A DNA stretch of 50,201 bases from Longimicrobium sp. Lineage in GTDB: Bacteria; Gemmatimonadota; Gemmatimonadetes; Longimicrobiales; Longimicrobiaceae. The translations under genes and the position numbers were made by a program. The stretch spans positions 1-50,201 of the forward strand of contig NZ_DASVTX010000080.1 in assembly GCF_036387355.1 (NCBI RefSeq), written 5' to 3'. The notes under the pieces are model-generated. The model saw only the letters and a list, made by a program, of their open reading frames with translations. It searched no databases and was not told the DNA's origin. Positions 46,235 to 50,201 of the stretch are shown here, piece by piece. Numbering within the stretch: position 1 is the first letter of the stretch; every line of letters starts with the position of its first letter.

Positions 46235-46444
46235 TCAGTCGTCATCGTCGTCGTCGGCGAAGTCCTCGTCATCCTCGTCGAGGTCGTCGTCATCGTCGTC
46301 CAGCAGGTCGTCGTCGTCCTCCAGGAGATCGGGATCCTCCTCCTCGTCGTCGTCATCCGAACGGTCGAACAGGCGCTCCTCCCAGCCCTCGTCCTCATCG
46401 TGCAGCCCGCGCCGCGCAAATACCTGCATCGTTCCAGTGCCCAT
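46235..46444 (-). CDS. Small extremely acidic protein (69 aa)
   Basis: GGAG RBS before ATG 46444; C-terminal two-thirds mostly Asp/Glu. Confidence 0.65.
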   Translation of the reverse strand: MGTGTMQVFARRGLHDEDEGWEERLFDRSDDDDEEEDPDLLEDDDDLLDDDDDDLDEDDEDFADDDDDD

Positions 46445-46666
46445 CGTCGTTGCTCCGTTTGCGTGAAAAGGGAGAGGAGAATCCGCGTCTCCGGCCACCG
46501 TGGGCCAGGATCGCACGAAGGTCCCGCGGGTTGAGCACCTGCCACCGCCATGCCCGCGCACGGCGCGAGCCGAAGATTTCACAAACCACGTACCGAATCA
46601 AGCCCCTGCGGTTCCCGCCCGTCCCGCCCCGCGCCCGCCCGCACGGTCCGGGCCGCGGTGTGGCGC

Positions 46667-48361
46667 CTACCTTTGCGCCGGCGCGGCCAGCAGGTTCAGA
46701 ATGAGCGGGGTGACGCTCAGCTGCGTGGGCCGGGCGCCCACGGCAGCCTGCACCCGGTCGCGCACGGCGGTGCCGCTCATCCCCACGCGCGCCACCAGCA
46801 GCGGAATCTCGCTGTCCTGCCGCGTGGGGCTGCCGTGCCAGCTCTGGTAGCGCCCGCTGAAATAGTAGCGCTGCTCCAGCGGAAGGTGCATCCCCGTTCG
46901 CGCCAGCAGCAGTACGTCTCCCGCGTGGTTGCCGTAGGGGCCGGCGGCCAGCCCCGCCAGGCGCCGTTCCAGGTCCAGCAGTTCGGGGCGCGGGTGGTCC
47001 CTCAGCCAGTCGCCCACCGGAACGAGTCGCGTTCCGTTCCACACCTGAAACGGGAGCGCGTCCCGGCCGGCCGGCCGCGGTTCGCGCGCCAGGATCAGGT
47101 CCAGCGCGCCCCGCAGTTGCGGCACGCCCGCCCCCGTGCGGTTGGCCGCATCAAAGGCGCGCACCACGGGAAGCACGTCTTTCGCCATGCGCGGCGGACG
47201 GCTCCAGTCGCAGCGGCTGCCGGGGCGCGGGCAGGCCGAGCGATCGGCCAGATACACGTATGCGAACGCGCCCTGGTACGCAACCACGGACTGAAAGTCC
47301 TCTTCGGACTCTTCCAACTCCAGGTGCAGCGCACGCGTGCGGAACCCCGCCTGGCGCAGCACCTCCGGCGGCTCGTCTGCCCCTTCGGCGCCCAATGCGT
47401 GCAGGTCGTCGGAGAGCACGGGGGTGTGGCCGTGGTCCGCCACCACCACGATCCAGGTGTCGTCCAGCGCACCCGCCTGCCGGTACGCCTGCAGCACCGC
47501 GCCGATCTGCCGGTCCACCACGTTGCCCAGGTAGCGCAGCTGGTCCTGCAGCGGATTCGGGGCCACGTGCGTGAACAGGTCCACGCCCGGAAAGTAGATG
47601 ACCTGGAGGTCCGCCACGCCCCGCTCGCGAATGCTGCCGAGCAGGCTGGCCACCGCCGACACGTCCAGCTCTTCGTACGCCTCCTGGCTGGGGGAATCGT
47701 TGCCTCCCAGCCCGCGCGCCGCCTCGCCTACCATGGCGCCGTAGCGTTCCGGCTCCGGAACCGTGAGCAGGTCGGCGCCGCGGTGGTACGCCTGCAGCGA
47801 AACGTACGACCGAACCTCCGCTCTCTCGTAGAGCGTGGGCACCTTGAGCACGCGCCCCATCAACTGGTCGGTGTAGACCTGCAGGGCGTCCTCATTCTGC
47901 GTGACCGACACCGGGGCGGGAGCGTAGAAGCGCCGCTCTTCGCGCGCGAACCACTCGTTGCCGGGCACGCCCGTCTCCCCGGCCGGCGCGCCGGTAAAGA
48001 GCGATGCCCACGCCGCGTAGGTGGTGGACGGAAGGATGCTCAGCACCCCCGGCTGCGACCAGCCATGCTCGAAAAGCCCGCTGTCCGCGCGCGCGGCGCC
48101 CAGCACCGACGAGAGGTGGGGAAGGCGGCCGCCGGCAATGGCCTGCCGCAGCATGGACTCCCCCACGCCGTCCAGGGCCAGAACCAGGACGCGCGGTCCG
48201 GGCCGGGCGGGGCGGAGGGGTTCCCGCAGCAGCTTTTCACCCCCCTGCGCAACCAGTTCCGCCATTTCGCGCACGGTTCCGCCGGAGCGGCGAAAGTGCC
48301 AGAGCCCGCCGGCCACGACCAGCGCGGCCACTGCGGGGATGATCCAGACGCGCCTGCGCAT
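46667..48361 (-). CDS. Alkaline phosphatase superfamily / nucleotide pyrophosphatase-phosphodiesterase
   Basis: LALDGVG, PSTTYAAWASLFTG, DLFTH, VVADHGH and WHGS; N-terminal anchor. Confidence 0.85.
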   Translation of the reverse strand: MRRRVWIIPAVAALVVAGGLWHFRRSGGTVREMAELVAQGGEKLLREPLRPARPGPRVLVLALDGVGESMLRQAIAGGRLPHLSSVLGAARADSGLFEHGWSQPGVLSILPSTTYAAWASLFTGAPAGETGVPGNEWFAREERRFYAPAPVSVTQNEDALQVYTDQLMGRVLKVPTLYERAEVRSYVSLQAYHRGADLLTVPEPERYGAMVGEAARGLGGNDSPSQEAYEELDVSAVASLLGSIRERGVADLQVIYFPGVDLFTHVAPNPLQDQLRYLGNVVDRQIGAVLQAYRQAGALDDTWIVVVADHGHTPVLSDDLHALGAEGADEPPEVLRQAGFRTRALHLELEESEEDFQSVVAYQGAFAYVYLADRSACPRPGSRCDWSRPPRMAKDVLPVVRAFDAANRTGAGVPQLRGALDLILAREPRPAGRDALPFQVWNGTRLVPVGDWLRDHPRPELLDLERRLAGLAAGPYGNHAGDVLLLARTGMHLPLEQRYYFSGRYQSWHGSPTRQDSEIPLLVARVGMSGTAVRDRVQAAVGARPTQLSVTPLILNLLAAPAQR

Positions 48362-48480
48362 GGCGATGGAGGGGGACGGGGAGAAGGGAAATCGCGGGAA
48401 GGGGAGGGAAACGGCGCGGGTCCGCAGGGAGCATGCCCCGCGGACCCGCGCCGGTCACGTCATCATCGTGCGGATGGAGG

Positions 48481-49038
48481 TCAGGCCGCGGTACCCACCG
48501 CGACGGCGTCCTCGTCTTCCATCAGCGCGGCGGAAAGCAGCGCCAGGTGCTGCGGCGTGCAGTACAGCCGGATCTCGCCCCGCTCGCCGGCGCGCACCCG
48601 CTCGCGCGTAAAGCAGACGACCCGCCGCTCGGCGCACAGGCGGTCGAGCGCGCGGGCCGCGCGGGGTACGTCAGCAAGTCCTTCCACGCCTTCGCCTTTG
48701 CGCTTCCACGAAAGGTGAAGGGCTACTTCTTCGGCGCTCACGGCGTCGTGCACCGTGGGGTTGAACTGGTCTTCGTCCAGCGTCTCAATCACCAGCTCGC
48801 GGTCGCGAAGGTAGCGGTACGCGTCGCGCGCGTCCTTTTCGCACCGGTCGTCGCAGGGCACCGGGCTGGCGCGAATCTCCACGAGTTCGCAGCAGTCGCT
48901 GCCCACCACCATCTTTTCGTCGCCGTGCTTCCAGCGGTCCATGGCCGACGCTTCCGCCAGCTTGCGGTTGGTCGCATCCACCGCGTAGCGGATCGTCTGG
49001 CGGAACGTGATCTCCACCTCGTAGCGCTTTTGGTCCAT
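48481..49038 (-). CDS. Hypothetical protein
   Basis: 185 aa; GAGG RBS before ATG; normal codon usage. Confidence 0.75.
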   Translation of the reverse strand: MDQKRYEVEITFRQTIRYAVDATNRKLAEASAMDRWKHGDEKMVVGSDCCELVEIRASPVPCDDRCEKDARDAYRYLRDRELVIETLDEDQFNPTVHDAVSAEEVALHLSWKRKGEGVEGLADVPRAARALDRLCAERRVVCFTRERVRAGERGEIRLYCTPQHLALLSAALMEDEDAVAVGTAA

Positions 49039-49398
49039 CCTCGCCTCTCCGGGGGTGACTCAGAACGCGGGCCTCTGGGGCCGATGGGCGGTGCGCAGTG
49101 GGCCGCGTACGGCGGCGCCAATGCCATTATCGTGCTCAACCGTGCTACAGGCTGCTGTGGCAATATAACCGCGAAATGGCGATAGGTGTCTTGGGGATTT
49201 GTTCGGGTTGGCGGATTGGGCGCTGCGGCCCACCCCAAGCGGCCACCGGCAGCACATTTCCGCGCCGCTGCTGAGGTTGCGGATGACTGCCCCCGTTGCG
49301 CGGCGGCGATCGCCTGACGAGGTTTCATTCGCGCGGGATGCCGCGGATGGGATTCACGGATCCGGACCCGCCCGGAGTGCCGACGAGGAGGATCAGGG

Positions 49399-50055
49399 AT
49401 GAAGATGCCCGTGCATCGCCGGCGGCCCACCGTTCCGTTCGGCCCGTGGCGCATTGCGCTGGACCTGGAGGGGACGCGCGCGATCGCGGCCGCACCGGCG
49501 CTGGCGCGCGGATGCCGGTGCGCGTGGTGCCGCAACTGGGCGGCGGCGTGGAACCGCGTGCTTCCGCCCGACGTGGCGAGTGCGCTGCGCCGGCTGGGCA
49601 TCGATCCCGCCGATCCCACGGACCTGTACGCGACCCGCCCGTTCACGACAGACCGGAAGGCGGCGGACCGGACGCCCGCGACGACGCAGTACAGCGTCTT
49701 TTACCACTGCGTCGGCGTGGTGCGCGACGGGCCGGCTCTGTACCGCTCAGACGCCGTGCTCGAGACGGACAGGCTGCACCAGTTCTACCCGCTCCGTTCC
49801 GGTCCCACTCGGCTGGATGTGTCGGTGGCGCCGCAGCGGCTGGTCTACCACTTCCCGTTCAAGCCTCCCCTGCGGGAGCCCATCCCGGGACTGATCGAGG
49901 TCTGCTTCTGGACTGACGTACCGTGGCTGCTGGACGAGGAGCACCCGCACGTGGCGGAGGCCCGCAACCGGCCCAGGGAGCCGGTGGTCTGGGCCGGCGG
50001 CCGGCTTCGGCCCGCGCGCCAGCGGCGGGCGCGCAGCGCACCCAACCCTTTCTGA
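49399..50055 (+). CDS. Hypothetical protein with CxCxxC motif
   Basis: GCRCAWCRNW, LRRLGIDP and FYHCVG; GAGGAG upstream. Confidence 0.7.
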   Translation: MKMPVHRRRPTVPFGPWRIALDLEGTRAIAAAPALARGCRCAWCRNWAAAWNRVLPPDVASALRRLGIDPADPTDLYATRPFTTDRKAADRTPATTQYSVFYHCVGVVRDGPALYRSDAVLETDRLHQFYPLRSGPTRLDVSVAPQRLVYHFPFKPPLREPIPGLIEVCFWTDVPWLLDEEHPHVAEARNRPREPVVWAGGRLRPARQRRARSAPNPF

Positions 50056-50068
50056 CCCGCGGACCTGC

Positions 50069-50201
50069 ATGTCGTACAAGAACACCTTCATCCGCGTTGC
50101 GCCGGACTGCCCGGTGTCGCACAGCGTGGTTCCCGAGCCGCGCGCGGGGCAGAAGACCGTGCCGCTGCTGCAGTACGAGCTGCTCGCCTCCGCCCCGTAC
50201 A
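50069..50201 (+). CDS. DUF6157-like protein, 5' part (runs off the window)
   Basis: MSYKNTFIRVAPDCPVSHSVVPEPRAGQKTVPLLQYELL...PY. Confidence 0.7.
   Translation, partial: MSYKNTFIRVAPDCPVSHSVVPEPRAGQKTVPLLQYELLASAPY

Overview
A GC-rich bacterial chromosome segment, probably Gemmatimonadota (Longimicrobium-like); this is inferred from the gene content, the leader-peptide family and the intergenic repeat types. About 50 CDSs are supportable. Housekeeping genes include recQ, dacB, gluQ, polA, ppx and tag, plus a cold-shock protein, an ABC1 kinase, glycosyltransferases and a two-component pair. Accessory features are: (1) two stand-alone Cys-rich RiPP-like precursor peptides with a shared KL(N/D)LExLxx(D/E)(S/T)FxT leader, one beside an ArsS-family radical SAM/CMD pair and one apparently starting at a CTG codon; (2) a Panacea (SocA/DUF4065) toxin-antitoxin pair and a second, unnamed TA-like pair, each with a near-consensus sigma70 promoter; (3) a membrane protein-wHTH-uppS-DUF4173 cluster with two copies of a 19-bp palindromic operator, one of which contains the uppS start codon; (4) a translationally coupled ATP-grasp/flavin monooxygenase pair; (5) an orphan phosphoribulokinase-like gene; and (6) several dispersed hairpin repeat families with compensatory base changes, two clusters of which bracket an HNH nuclease gene. 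No rRNA, tRNA, CRISPR array or transposase was recognised. Family assignments come from motif recognition by eye, not database searches.
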